From NCBI GenBank assembly GCA_039924845.1, contig JBDTAC010000041.1, forward strand, positions 728 to 64,727: a DNA stretch of 64,000 bases, in the 5' to 3' direction. The position numbers and the translations under genes are program-made. The notes below the pieces were generated by a model, which had not been told where the DNA came from, made no database searches, and worked only from the letters and a program-made list of their open reading frames with translations. The stretch's first letter is position 1. Each line of letters opens with the position of its first letter. The stretch comes from Bacteroidia bacterium. Its GTDB lineage: Bacteria; Bacteroidota; Bacteroidia; DATLTG01. This document shows positions 45,636-55,665 of this stretch, piece by piece.

Positions 45636-46700
45636 ATGCGTCAAAAAATAAGCTATTCGGTTATCTATTTATCTTTAGGGATTGGATTGCTTTTTTTATT
45701 TTTATTATCCGTTGGTGTAGGAGCCGTAAATTTAAGTTATTCTCAAATACTTAATTATTTTTTAAACTTCTTCGGATTAAAATCCGGAGACGGAATCAAT
45801 AAAATTTACGAAGGATTATTTTTACAAATACGTTTGCCGCGGACGATTTTATGTATGCTTTCAGGAGCAATACTTTCCGTTTGTGGCGCAATGATGCAAT
45901 CGTTATTTCGCAATCCGATTGTAGAACCAGGATTAATTGGAACTTCATCAGGCGCAGCATTGGGCGCATCGCTCGTTTTTGTGTTTGGTAAAATTGCTTT
46001 CTTCTCCCATTTCGCTTTTCTGGGAAATTTTTTATTGCCATTTATGGCTTTTGTAGGTGGATTATCCGCGACTTTATTGGTCTATCGAATTTCATCTTCT
46101 TTCGGAAAAGTAAATATAACTTCTATGCTATTAGCTGGAATTGCTGTGAATGCAATTGCCGCAGCAGGCGTTGGTTTTTTGTCTTACATCGCTCGTGATC
46201 CGCAAGCACGTTCTATTACGTTTTGGAATTTGGGAACTTATTCTGGTGCCGACTGGCCCTCTGTTTGCATTCTTCTTGTTATTACAATTACCGGAATTTT
46301 TTATTCGATACGAATGGCAAAAGCCCTCAACGCTTTTCAATTGGGCGAAACCGAAGCAGGTTATTTGGGTATCAACACACGTAAATTAAAAATGCGTGTT
46401 ATTGTTGTAACAGCATTAATGGTTTCTGTAGCAACAGCAATGACGGGCGTTATCAGTTTTGTCGGATTAATTGTTCCGCATATTTTGAGATTAATAAAAG
46501 GTTCTGATAATCGTTATCTTATTATTGGCTCCGCGCTTTTGGGAGCTATTGTTACCGCTTTGGCGGATATGTTAGCGCGTATTATTATTGCTCCTGCTGA
46601 AATGCCTGTTGGTATTATTACCGCTTTTGTAGGCGCTCCGCTATTTTTATGGTTACTTATTCGGAATAGTAGAAAAGGGAAAGGGAATTTTTATGCTTAG
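45636..46700 (+). CDS. FecCD-family iron-complex/hemin ABC permease
   Basis: It has about 9 TM helices and motifs typical of FecCD/BtuC-type permeases. Confidence 0.85.
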   Translation: MRQKISYSVIYLSLGIGLLFLFLLSVGVGAVNLSYSQILNYFLNFFGLKSGDGINKIYEGLFLQIRLPRTILCMLSGAILSVCGAMMQSLFRNPIVEPGLIGTSSGAALGASLVFVFGKIAFFSHFAFLGNFLLPFMAFVGGLSATLLVYRISSSFGKVNITSMLLAGIAVNAIAAAGVGFLSYIARDPQARSITFWNLGTYSGADWPSVCILLVITITGIFYSIRMAKALNAFQLGETEAGYLGINTRKLKMRVIVVTALMVSVATAMTGVISFVGLIVPHILRLIKGSDNRYLIIGSALLGAIVTALADMLARIIIAPAEMPVGIITAFVGAPLFLWLLIRNSRKGKGNFYA

Positions 46701-47469
46701 TCTGAAAAATATTTCCTACGAAATTTCCAAAACTCCGCTTCTGAAAAATATTTTTTTAGAGTTTCAAGCAGGCGAATTTATTACGATTATGGGACCAAAT
46801 GGTGCTGGAAAATCAACGCTTTTAAAAGTAATGGCGGCAAGTATTTTTCCTTCCACAGGAGAAATTTTAATGAATGATAAATCGCTTAACAAGTTCCCAA
46901 AAACAGAACTCGCGAAAATGCGTGCCGTACTTTCGCAACACTACGAAATTTCTTTCCCGATAACGGTAGAAGAAATTGTGTTGATGGGGCGTTATCCTTA
47001 TTACGACACGATTGTAACGGCAAAGGATAAAAAAATTTGCGCAGAGATGTTGGAAAAAATGGGTGTTCAAAATTTAAGCGAACGCGATTACAACACACTT
47101 TCTGGCGGCGAAATGCAAAAGGTGCAAATGGCAAGGATTTTAGCACAATTGGAAAACGAAGAATACGCATCTAAAATATTATTTTTAGACGAACCGGTTT
47201 CCAGTTTGGATATCAATTACCAACATTTCATTTTGAAAATAGCACAATCCTTAGCCAAAAAAAATATTTTGGTCATTGCCGTTTTACACGATATTAATTT
47301 GGCTTCGCAATATGCCGATAAAATTGTGATGATGAAAAACGGAGAAATAGTTGCGAATGGAAAACCTGCGACTATTATTACGCCCGAATTACTTTTTTCT
47401 ACTTACGGGATTAAAGGCAGGATGCTGAAAGACGATAAAATTACTTTCCCTTATTTTATTGCTGAATAA
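46693..47469 (+). CDS. ABC transporter ATP-binding protein (hemin/iron-complex type)
   Basis: It has Walker A GPNGAGKST, signature LSGGE and Walker B LFLDEP. It overlaps the permease gene by 8 nt. Confidence 0.9.
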   Translation: MLSLKNISYEISKTPLLKNIFLEFQAGEFITIMGPNGAGKSTLLKVMAASIFPSTGEILMNDKSLNKFPKTELAKMRAVLSQHYEISFPITVEEIVLMGRYPYYDTIVTAKDKKICAEMLEKMGVQNLSERDYNTLSGGEMQKVQMARILAQLENEEYASKILFLDEPVSSLDINYQHFILKIAQSLAKKNILVIAVLHDINLASQYADKIVMMKNGEIVANGKPATIITPELLFSTYGIKGRMLKDDKITFPYFIAE

Positions 47470-47477
47470 AAGGATTT

Positions 47478-47493
47478 GAAAAAATAATTTTTC
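47478..47493. repeat. A-tract/T-tract palindrome (GAAAAAATAATTTTTC), representative intergenic copy
   Basis: It lies between the convergent ABC ATPase and murF genes. Confidence 0.9.
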
Positions 47494-47551
47494 AAACATG
47501 AAAATGGACATGTAAAAACGTCATCAGAAAAATAATCTTCCGAATACTTTT

Positions 47552-48865
47552 TTAGAGAAATTCAACCAATTTCTCTAACTGAATTCCGCGTGAACCTTTT
47601 ATTAAAATGCTTGCATTTTCAATAGGATGAGACAAAATCCATTCTTTCGCTTCTTCCGTATTTCGAAATGTTTTTGCATTTCCTTTTTTCGCGGAAGCAG
47701 AAAAATAAGTGCCTACGAAAAATAATTTTTCAAACTTTTTTTGATGAATTAAATCAAGTATCGCATCGTGTTCTTTTGCAGTATCATCGCCCAATTCAAG
47801 CATATCTCCCAAAATTAAAATTTTATTTTTGGAAGGCATTGCTGCAAAATTTTCAATCGCAGCGCTCATGCTGGAAGGATTCGCGTTGTAAGCATCTAAC
47901 AATAAAAAATTTTTTTTCGTTTGCATTGCTTGCGAACGATTCATGGATGGAACGTAATTTTCTAAACCTGCTCGAATATTTTTTTCAGGCACACCAAAAT
48001 AATTTCCGATGCAAGCCGCCGCCAAAATATTTTCGAAATTGTATTTTCCAATTAACTGTGTACTAATAATTTCTTTTTCGTTAATAGAAATCGTTTCGTT
48101 TTTTGTTTTATATTTTAATTTTACGAAAGGATTGCTTTCAATAAATAAACCAATAATATCAGCTTTTTTAGCGCTTCCGAAAATTATTTTTTTGATACTT
48201 TCCGAAAGTTTTTTTAATAAATCATTGTCGTCGTTTACAAAAAGAATTCCATTTTTTTGTTGAATAAATTGATACAATTCATTTTTTGTTTTGACGACAC
48301 CTTCGTATCCGCCGAAGCCTTCTAAATGGGCTTTTCCAATGTTTGTAATCATTCCGAAGTCGGGTTCAGCAATTTTACAAAGTGCTTCAATTTCGTTTTG
48401 ATGATTCGCACCCATTTCTATAATTGCGATTTCGTGCGATTTGTCAATAGAAAGCAACGTGAGCGGCACGCCGATGTGATTGTTTAAATTTCCTTTTGTT
48501 GCTACGGTTTTAAATTTCTGCGAAAGCACCGCATTGATCAACTCTTTGCTGGTCGTTTTTCCGTTTGTTCCTGTAATGGCGATGATGGGAATTGTTAATT
48601 GTTTGCGGTGATAATTTGCTAATTCTTGAAGTGTTTTCAGCACATCATCCACTAAAAAATATGATTCGTTTTTTTGATATTTCTTTTCATCAATAACAGC
48701 GATGGAGCATTCGGATTCAATGGCTTTTTCAGCAAATTCATTTCCATTAAAATTTCCACCTTTTAAAGCGAAAAAAATACTTCCGGGAAATAAATTTCTC
48801 GTATCAGTAGATACGATTGGATTTCGGAGAAAGTGCGCGTATAGTTTTTTAATTTGTTCTGACAT
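47552..48865 (-). CDS. murF: UDP-N-acetylmuramoyl-tripeptide--D-alanyl-D-alanine ligase
   Basis: It has the Mur ligase P-loop ITGTNGKTT and MurF-type N- and C-domains, at 437 aa. Confidence 0.85.
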   Translation of the reverse strand: MSEQIKKLYAHFLRNPIVSTDTRNLFPGSIFFALKGGNFNGNEFAEKAIESECSIAVIDEKKYQKNESYFLVDDVLKTLQELANYHRKQLTIPIIAITGTNGKTTSKELINAVLSQKFKTVATKGNLNNHIGVPLTLLSIDKSHEIAIIEMGANHQNEIEALCKIAEPDFGMITNIGKAHLEGFGGYEGVVKTKNELYQFIQQKNGILFVNDDNDLLKKLSESIKKIIFGSAKKADIIGLFIESNPFVKLKYKTKNETISINEKEIISTQLIGKYNFENILAAACIGNYFGVPEKNIRAGLENYVPSMNRSQAMQTKKNFLLLDAYNANPSSMSAAIENFAAMPSKNKILILGDMLELGDDTAKEHDAILDLIHQKKFEKLFFVGTYFSASAKKGNAKTFRNTEEAKEWILSHPIENASILIKGSRGIQLEKLVEFL

Positions 48866-48908
48866 AGCTATAAAAATAAAAGCCCCAATTTATAAAAATC
48901 GGGGCTTT
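48866..48908 (-). terminator. Probable terminator after gldJ
   Basis: An 8-bp stem AAAGCCCC/GGGGCTTT with a 14-nt loop is followed on the minus strand by TATTTTTAT. Confidence 0.55.
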
Positions 48909-48927
48909 CAAAAAAATATTTTTTTAA

Positions 48928-50451
48928 TTACTCTCTTTTTTTAGTTCCTAATCCTGTTGGACTTCCAACACGCGTCATTGCGCAACGGAATCCAATATAA
49001 TCGGTAGCTTGACGTTGATCCAAGAAACGTCTTGTTCCAGGACTCATCCAATACGCTCTATCTCTCCAAGAACCCCCTTTATAAACTTTTGCGTTGTCGT
49101 TAATCATGGAAGTTTTAGCATACTCATACATTATAGCATTACCACGACTGGTGACTGCATCTTGTCCATCTTTGTAGTAAATACTGGAATTAACATCTCC
49201 ATCGGTGTAGTTAATATTGTCAGCTTGTTTGTAGTTTCTGCGTTCGTCCAAATGATCTTCTTTGTTGTTGATGCTTACATCTCTCCAAAGAACTTGTCCT
49301 GGAATATTTGTAATATTGCTATCAGCGTCATATCTAATAGAATCATTGATATGAATTCCGTCATCATCTTTCACTTGTGTTTTAAATACGTTTCCACGGA
49401 ATGGTCTGAAATCATCGTCATCCTGAAGGTTTAACGTTCTATAAGTATCCATTACCCATTCGCTTACGTTACCAGCCATATTGTACAAACCATAATCATT
49501 CGGCCAGTAAGAATATACAGGAGCTGTAACATCGGCAGCATCATTCAACCAACCAGCAGCACCCATATAATCTCCATTACTTCTCACAAAGTTGCCTAAC
49601 ATTTGTCCAATCCATTTGTCGTCCGGATTTCTCACCCAGTGTCCATTCCACGGATATATTCTACGATCAGTAATCAATTCTCCATGTGTATTTCCGATTA
49701 AGCCGTAAGCAGCATATTCCCATTCTGCTTCAGTTGGAAGGCGGTAATCCGGTAAAAAGATACCATCTTCCATTTTCACTTGGCGTGTATCTGTATTAGG
49801 ATCTAATGAAGGTAAGGGAGTTTTAATTTGTCCTGTCCATTTTCCAGCAAGGTATTCATCTGTATTAAAATAATCTGCATCAGAAGCATTTGGATTGATA
49901 TCAATGATTCCTTCGCGCATTAAAATAAATTCATTCACCCTATCGGTACGCCATTTACAAAAATCATTTGCTTGTAACCAATTAACACCAACCACTGGAT
50001 AATCGCGGTAAGCAGGATGTCTTAAATAATAATTTACATAAGGTTCATTATAGGCTAATTTAGAACGCCAAACAAGTGTATCAGGGAGTGCCTTGGTGTA
50101 TATTTGAGGAAAATTAGCACTGAAAACTCTGTTTGTCCAATGTAAATATTCTAAATAATCTAAGTTGGTAACTTCGGTCTCATCCATGTAGAAAGAAGAA
50201 ACAGTAACTCTTCTTGGAACGTTGTTCCAATCATAATTTACGTCTTGCTCTGTGCGACCCATCGTGAATGTACCACCTTCCACCAAAATAAGACCAGGTC
50301 CAGTTTCTTGCTCCTCGTAAGGGACTACTTCAAAACCTCCGTTTTTCTTATCGTTGTAATTCCATCCTGTAGCAGGAGATCTTTCTTTACTGCACGAAGC
50401 AAAAAGCATTACGCCTGTGGCAAATAGAACCGTTCTTGAAATTATTTTCAT
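48928..50451 (-). CDS. gldJ: Gliding-motility lipoprotein GldJ (SUMF1/FGE-like fold)
   Basis: It has the lipobox LFASC and FGE-sulfatase-like motifs (GGTFTMG, PVVGVNW, RLPTEAEWEYAA, GNVSEWV, GGSWRD, GFRCA). Synteny with murF and porU/porV supports the call. Confidence 0.8.
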   Translation of the reverse strand: MKIISRTVLFATGVMLFASCSKERSPATGWNYNDKKNGGFEVVPYEEQETGPGLILVEGGTFTMGRTEQDVNYDWNNVPRRVTVSSFYMDETEVTNLDYLEYLHWTNRVFSANFPQIYTKALPDTLVWRSKLAYNEPYVNYYLRHPAYRDYPVVGVNWLQANDFCKWRTDRVNEFILMREGIIDINPNASDADYFNTDEYLAGKWTGQIKTPLPSLDPNTDTRQVKMEDGIFLPDYRLPTEAEWEYAAYGLIGNTHGELITDRRIYPWNGHWVRNPDDKWIGQMLGNFVRSNGDYMGAAGWLNDAADVTAPVYSYWPNDYGLYNMAGNVSEWVMDTYRTLNLQDDDDFRPFRGNVFKTQVKDDDGIHINDSIRYDADSNITNIPGQVLWRDVSINNKEDHLDERRNYKQADNINYTDGDVNSSIYYKDGQDAVTSRGNAIMYEYAKTSMINDNAKVYKGGSWRDRAYWMSPGTRRFLDQRQATDYIGFRCAMTRVGSPTGLGTKKRE

Positions 50452-50503
50452 ATTTTTTGTTTTTTGATAGAGTTCGTTGGCAAATATAACTATATTATAT
50501 TAA

Positions 50504-51481
50504 CTAAAAAGAAGGACAACTTATTGTTCTGAATTTTTTTCTTTTTGGTTTGCACTGAAATTGCATTTGAAAAGAAAGTTCATGAGATCCTGCTGTTGCA
50601 TTGCTCAGTTTGGATACCGTAACATCGTAACTGTATCCAAATTTGAATAGATTTTGTTGAAATCCTACTAAAGCAATAAAGGCATCTTGATTTCTATACC
50701 ATAAACCACCTACAATTGGACCTTTACTGAAATACAAACCCAAATTTAATTGTTGAAAATCTTGTTGTTTTTGGAATAAGATATTGGGAGAAATAAATGC
50801 TTGATTTCCGCTTCCCATATCATTTCCAACAGGAATAATAGCTCCAGCATGTCCAGTAAATTTCATTGGTAGCGGACTGTTGTTATTCGCTCCGGTAAAA
50901 AAACTTTCGTTTGGTTGTGTGAGGTGATCAACGGCAAATCCGAAAAAATAATTCTTGCTGAAGCCTAAAATACCTGTTGAAAAATCAACATTATTAATGG
51001 AACTAGCTCCTGGAATTTCGTGTGAGTTGAACACAAACCCTCTTCTCGGATCAATCATATCACCAAAAGTAAGTTTACTCCAATCTATACTTTTTTCTTC
51101 GTATGTGGCTTGAAAACCAACGCGGATAGAAAACTCGCGTGTTACATTTAATTGATAGGAATAGATTCCACTGAAATTAGTGGTATTAATAGTGCCTTGC
51201 CCAGCTTGATCACTTGTAACTAAAAGCCCCAAGCCTCCAGAAATAGCATCCACTGATTGATCATAAGATGCGCTGTAAGTAACAAAAGTTCCTGAAATAG
51301 CAGGCCATTCGTTACGGTAATTAAGACAAACCCTCGGACATCTTCCAGATCCAGCGAAAGCAGGATTCAAATATAAAGGATTAGCATAAAACTGTGTGAA
51401 CTCAGGATCCTGTGCCATTGCAGACTGTGTCAACCCTAAGGAGATCATCGCAACAACGAAAATAGTAAATCGTTTTATCAT
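50504..51481 (-). CDS. T9SS membrane protein, PorP/SprF family
   Basis: The ATG at 51481 gives a signal peptide followed by QDPEFTQFYANPLYLNPAFAG, the hallmark N-terminus of the family. The listed start at 51535 is TTG. Confidence 0.8.
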   Translation of the reverse strand: MIKRFTIFVVAMISLGLTQSAMAQDPEFTQFYANPLYLNPAFAGSGRCPRVCLNYRNEWPAISGTFVTYSASYDQSVDAISGGLGLLVTSDQAGQGTINTTNFSGIYSYQLNVTREFSIRVGFQATYEEKSIDWSKLTFGDMIDPRRGFVFNSHEIPGASSINNVDFSTGILGFSKNYFFGFAVDHLTQPNESFFTGANNNSPLPMKFTGHAGAIIPVGNDMGSGNQAFISPNILFQKQQDFQQLNLGLYFSKGPIVGGLWYRNQDAFIALVGFQQNLFKFGYSYDVTVSKLSNATAGSHELSFQMQFQCKPKRKKFRTISCPSF

Positions 51482-51740
51482 AGTATATATGTTAAGCAAT
51501 GGGTTATACGGATTATAGTTGTAAATATGTTTCAAAAAAATATTTTTAATGTATAATAAAATAAAATTTCAATTCTTGCGTTAAGCAAAGACAAAATACA
51601 GAGACAAATATATGCAATATATATTCAAAACAAAAAATTTATTAAAAAGAACTTGTATAATCGAATCGTCTATATTTGCTATTTTTGAAATTCAAAAGTC
51701 TTTCACCGTCGTTTTTTATTTTTTGATATCTAAGTTTAGA

Positions 51741-54700
51741 ATGCTAAAAAAAATAGTTGTTTTTCTTTTTTTTATTTCGTCTTCGCTTTCTTTGCTCGCT
51801 CAAAGTGATGTGGGTTTGCGTTATTTAAAATGGAAAAATCCTGTTGTTGAAACATTACCTGATGGGCGCGAGGTCTCCTATATTTGTTTCCAAAAAGCCA
51901 TTTACGATTCGAAAACACAGCCGCTTCCCACGTATTATGAAACGATTAAATTGTCAGGAAATCCAACTGATATTTCCGTGAGTTTAATCAATGATGTATA
52001 TGAACCTCTTACTTCAGCAGAGGTTAATTTAGCGACTCAAAAAAATATTTTTTTAAGTACTAAAATAAAAATAATTGCAAATGTGGGTTACAGTCAGAAA
52101 CAAGCCTTTGCTCAAATAAAATTTATTCCCATTAGAAAAAATACTTTTACAGGAGCCTATGAAAAATTAGTTTCTTTCAGTTTTATTATTCAGAATGTAA
52201 AAGAGGAATTGAAAACGCACAGAACAGGATCCATGAGTTTCGCTGCTAATTCGGTTTTGGCAACCGGAAAGTGGTATAAAATAGGCGTAACTCAGGATGG
52301 TATTTATAAATTATCCTATCAATATCTAAAAAATATCGGGATGGATATGACAACAATTAATCCTAAAAATATCCGAGTTTATGGTAATGGAGGTGGCATG
52401 TTGCCTTTGCCCAATAGTACTTTTAGACACGATGATTTAGTAGAAGATCCTATTTTTGTAAATGAACAAAATAACACAACGCTGGACAGTGCTGGATATT
52501 TACTTTTCTATGGGCAAGGTCCAGTAATTTGGAAGTATGATTCTACCGATACTAGATTTCATCATCAAAGTAATTATTATTCTGATACCACTTTTTATTT
52601 TATTACAGCGGATTTAGGTGCAGGTAAACGAATTGCTAACATTCCTTCCGCCACACAATCTATAACAAATACGGTTAGCTCTTTTGATGATTATAATTAC
52701 CACGAATTAGACGGAGTAAATTTGATACGTTCTGGAAACCAGTGGTACGGAGAACAATTTAATATACTCAATTCATATAATTTTTCTTTTAATTTTCCCA
52801 ATATCGATGTTTCTTCAAAAGTTTGGGTGAATACGGATTTGGTAGCTCGAAGTAGCTCTAACGGTTCTTTTTCCGTCAGTTCACAGTCGGGATCCACAAC
52901 GCTAATTACGACGCCTGTCGCAGTTACTTGCTTTGATTGTATATATGCTTCTGAAGCAGACAGCAGCTATGTATTTACTCCATCGAGCTCAAATATTACT
53001 GTAACCGTTACCAATAATACGCCAGCAGCGGTTGGTTGGTTAAATTTCATTGAATTAAATGCGAGAAGACAACTTACTATGGTTGGGAATCAAATGGAAT
53101 TCCAAGATACGAAATCGGTGGGTGCAACAAATATTTCACAATTTAATGTGTCTTCTTTTCTTCCGATAACAATATGGGACGTAACAGATCCGACCAATGC
53201 GCAACAAATCACAATGTCTTTGAGCGGTACGACGTATCAATATACCTTACCAACACCAACGCTCCGAAAATTTATTTCTTTCACTGGAAATAATTTTTTA
53301 ATACCACAAAATTTTGGTTCGGTTGCGAATCAGAATTTACATGCGTATCAGCGGGCAGATTTAATTATTGTTACGAATCCGAAATTTGTCAATCAAGCAA
53401 ATAATTTAGCAAATTTTCATGCAAATCAGGATAATTTAAATGTTGTAGTTGCTACAACTAATCAGATTTACAATGAATTTTCTGGCGGAGAACAAGATCC
53501 TGTAGGGATTCGAGATTTTGTTAAAATGTTTTATGACCGGGCAAGTAATCCAAGCAATGCTCCTAAATATTTATTACTGATGGGGCGCGGATCTTACGAT
53601 AATAAATATCGTATCCCCAATAATACAGATTACATCCCAACGTATGAATCAGACAATTCACTTGATCCTACTAGTTCCTATGTCTCAGATGATTTTTATG
53701 CTTTATTAGATGACAATGAAGGCGATTGGACTTCTAGTTATATGTTAGATATTGGCGTTGGTCGGATGCCAGTGCAAACAACTCAAGATGCACAAAATAT
53801 TATCAATAAGGTGATTCGCTATGAAACGAAAACGGGTGCCTTAGCATCGAGCGGAAACAATTGTAATTGTGGATCACAAGCTCAAAACTACAATTTAACT
53901 GATTGGAGAAATCAAATTTGTTTTGTAGCGCACGATGGTGATATTACTTTTGAATCGCAATCCGATCAACTTGCTACACAAGTGGAAACCGCTTATCCAG
54001 ATTATAATATAAATAAAATTTATTTTGATGCGTATGTAGAGCAAACAACGCCGGGAGGGGAACGTTATCCTGATGTCGAAAATGCAATTAACCAACAAGT
54101 TCAAAAAGGAGCATTTATTGTTAATTATCTTGGACATGGAGGCGTATTTGGTTGGGGATTGGAAAGGGTGTTAAGTATTTCGGATATTCAAAGTTGGACA
54201 AATATGAACACTCTACCATTGTTTATTACTGCAACCTGTGAGTTCAGTCGTTTTGATGATCCGGAACAAGTAGCAGCAGGGGAAGATATTTTGCTAAACC
54301 CTATTGGTGGTGGTATTGGTTTATTAACTACAGTGAGGGTTGTCTATTCAGGACCTAATTTTACGCTCAATCAGAATTTCTTTAATGTCTTACAAAGCCC
54401 TATGCATGGTACTTTTCCGAGAATGGGAGATTTAATGATGGAAACAAAAAATTTAAGCGGAACGAATGTAAACAATCGAAATTTTACTTTCTTGGGCGAC
54501 CCTGCTGTAACGCCTGCTTTCCCACATTTTAATGTAACCACAACTTCCGTAGGAGGAATCCTTGCCACATCACCCACAATGGATACAATTAAAGCATTGA
54601 CAAAAGTTACCATAATTGGTTTTGTGAGTGATTCTGCCGGAAGCAAGGTGTCTAATTTTAACGGAATTATTTATCCAACAGTATACGATAAGCCAAATAG

Positions 54701-55613
54701 TATAACGACACTTTCCAATGGTGGCACTGCAAATAATCCTCCTTTTACTTTTCAATTGCAAAATAGTGTTTTATATAAAGGAAAAGTAAGCGTCATCAAT
54801 GGAAATTTTAGTTTTACTTTTGTCGTACCTAAAGATATTGCTTACAATTTCGGGAAAGGTCGCATCAGTTATTACGCCGAAAATGGGGTGCAAGATGCTG
54901 CCGGACAATTCGGTAATTTTGTTGTGGGTGGCTCCAATCCAAATCCGCCCAAAGATGTTACAGGACCGTCTGTTAAACTGTATTTAAACGACAATAAGTT
55001 TGTATATGGAGGAATGACGAACGAAAATCCACAATTATACGCGACTGTTTTTGATTCGAGTGGGATAAATACAGTAGGAAATGGCATCGGACATGATATT
55101 ACAGCGATACTTGATCGCAATACTGCTGGTGCAATAAATTTGAATACCTATTATCAAGCCGATATGAATAGTTATCAAAGTGGAAGTGTTACTTATCCTT
55201 TCACAGGATTAAGTCCTGGCACACATACGCTTACGTTGAGAGTTTGGGATGTGTACAATAATTCATCCGAAGTAACAACAGAGTTTGTTGTAGCGCAAGC
55301 AGCGCAATTCCAATTGGATCACGTGTTGAATTATCCCAATCCGTTTACTACAAATACAAATTTTTATTTTGAACAAAATTTTGGCTGTGGGCAATTTGCA
55401 GTTCAAATTCAAATCTTCACCGTTTCTGGAAAATTAGTTAAAACAATCGCTGAAAATGTCCAAACACAAGGCTTTCGATCAGACCCCATTGAATGGAATG
55501 GAAAAGACGATTATGGCGATAAAATCGGACGAGGCGTTTACGTGTATCATCTAATTGTAAAGGCTTCGGATGGATCCATCGCAGATAAATACGATAAACT
55601 TGTTATTTTGTAA
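51741..55613 (+). CDS. porU: T9SS C-terminal signal peptidase PorU (gingipain/C25-like)
   Basis: The ATG at 51741 gives the signal peptide MLKKIVVFLFFISSSLSLLAQ. It is a protein of about 1290 aa with a C25-like central region and a C-terminal Ig-like sorting domain, and porV lies immediately downstream. Confidence 0.8.
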   Translation: MLKKIVVFLFFISSSLSLLAQSDVGLRYLKWKNPVVETLPDGREVSYICFQKAIYDSKTQPLPTYYETIKLSGNPTDISVSLINDVYEPLTSAEVNLATQKNIFLSTKIKIIANVGYSQKQAFAQIKFIPIRKNTFTGAYEKLVSFSFIIQNVKEELKTHRTGSMSFAANSVLATGKWYKIGVTQDGIYKLSYQYLKNIGMDMTTINPKNIRVYGNGGGMLPLPNSTFRHDDLVEDPIFVNEQNNTTLDSAGYLLFYGQGPVIWKYDSTDTRFHHQSNYYSDTTFYFITADLGAGKRIANIPSATQSITNTVSSFDDYNYHELDGVNLIRSGNQWYGEQFNILNSYNFSFNFPNIDVSSKVWVNTDLVARSSSNGSFSVSSQSGSTTLITTPVAVTCFDCIYASEADSSYVFTPSSSNITVTVTNNTPAAVGWLNFIELNARRQLTMVGNQMEFQDTKSVGATNISQFNVSSFLPITIWDVTDPTNAQQITMSLSGTTYQYTLPTPTLRKFISFTGNNFLIPQNFGSVANQNLHAYQRADLIIVTNPKFVNQANNLANFHANQDNLNVVVATTNQIYNEFSGGEQDPVGIRDFVKMFYDRASNPSNAPKYLLLMGRGSYDNKYRIPNNTDYIPTYESDNSLDPTSSYVSDDFYALLDDNEGDWTSSYMLDIGVGRMPVQTTQDAQNIINKVIRYETKTGALASSGNNCNCGSQAQNYNLTDWRNQICFVAHDGDITFESQSDQLATQVETAYPDYNINKIYFDAYVEQTTPGGERYPDVENAINQQVQKGAFIVNYLGHGGVFGWGLERVLSISDIQSWTNMNTLPLFITATCEFSRFDDPEQVAAGEDILLNPIGGGIGLLTTVRVVYSGPNFTLNQNFFNVLQSPMHGTFPRMGDLMMETKNLSGTNVNNRNFTFLGDPAVTPAFPHFNVTTTSVGGILATSPTMDTIKALTKVTIIGFVSDSAGSKVSNFNGIIYPTVYDKPNSITTLSNGGTANNPPFTFQLQNSVLYKGKVSVINGNFSFTFVVPKDIAYNFGKGRISYYAENGVQDAAGQFGNFVVGGSNPNPPKDVTGPSVKLYLNDNKFVYGGMTNENPQLYATVFDSSGINTVGNGIGHDITAILDRNTAGAINLNTYYQADMNSYQSGSVTYPFTGLSPGTHTLTLRVWDVYNNSSEVTTEFVVAQAAQFQLDHVLNYPNPFTTNTNFYFEQNFGCGQFAVQIQIFTVSGKLVKTIAENVQTQGFRSDPIEWNGKDDYGDKIGRGVYVYHLIVKASDGSIADKYDKLVIL

Positions 55614-55665
55614 TTAAAAAAATTATTTTTGTACCCCATTTATCAATAAAAAACAGAAGATAAAC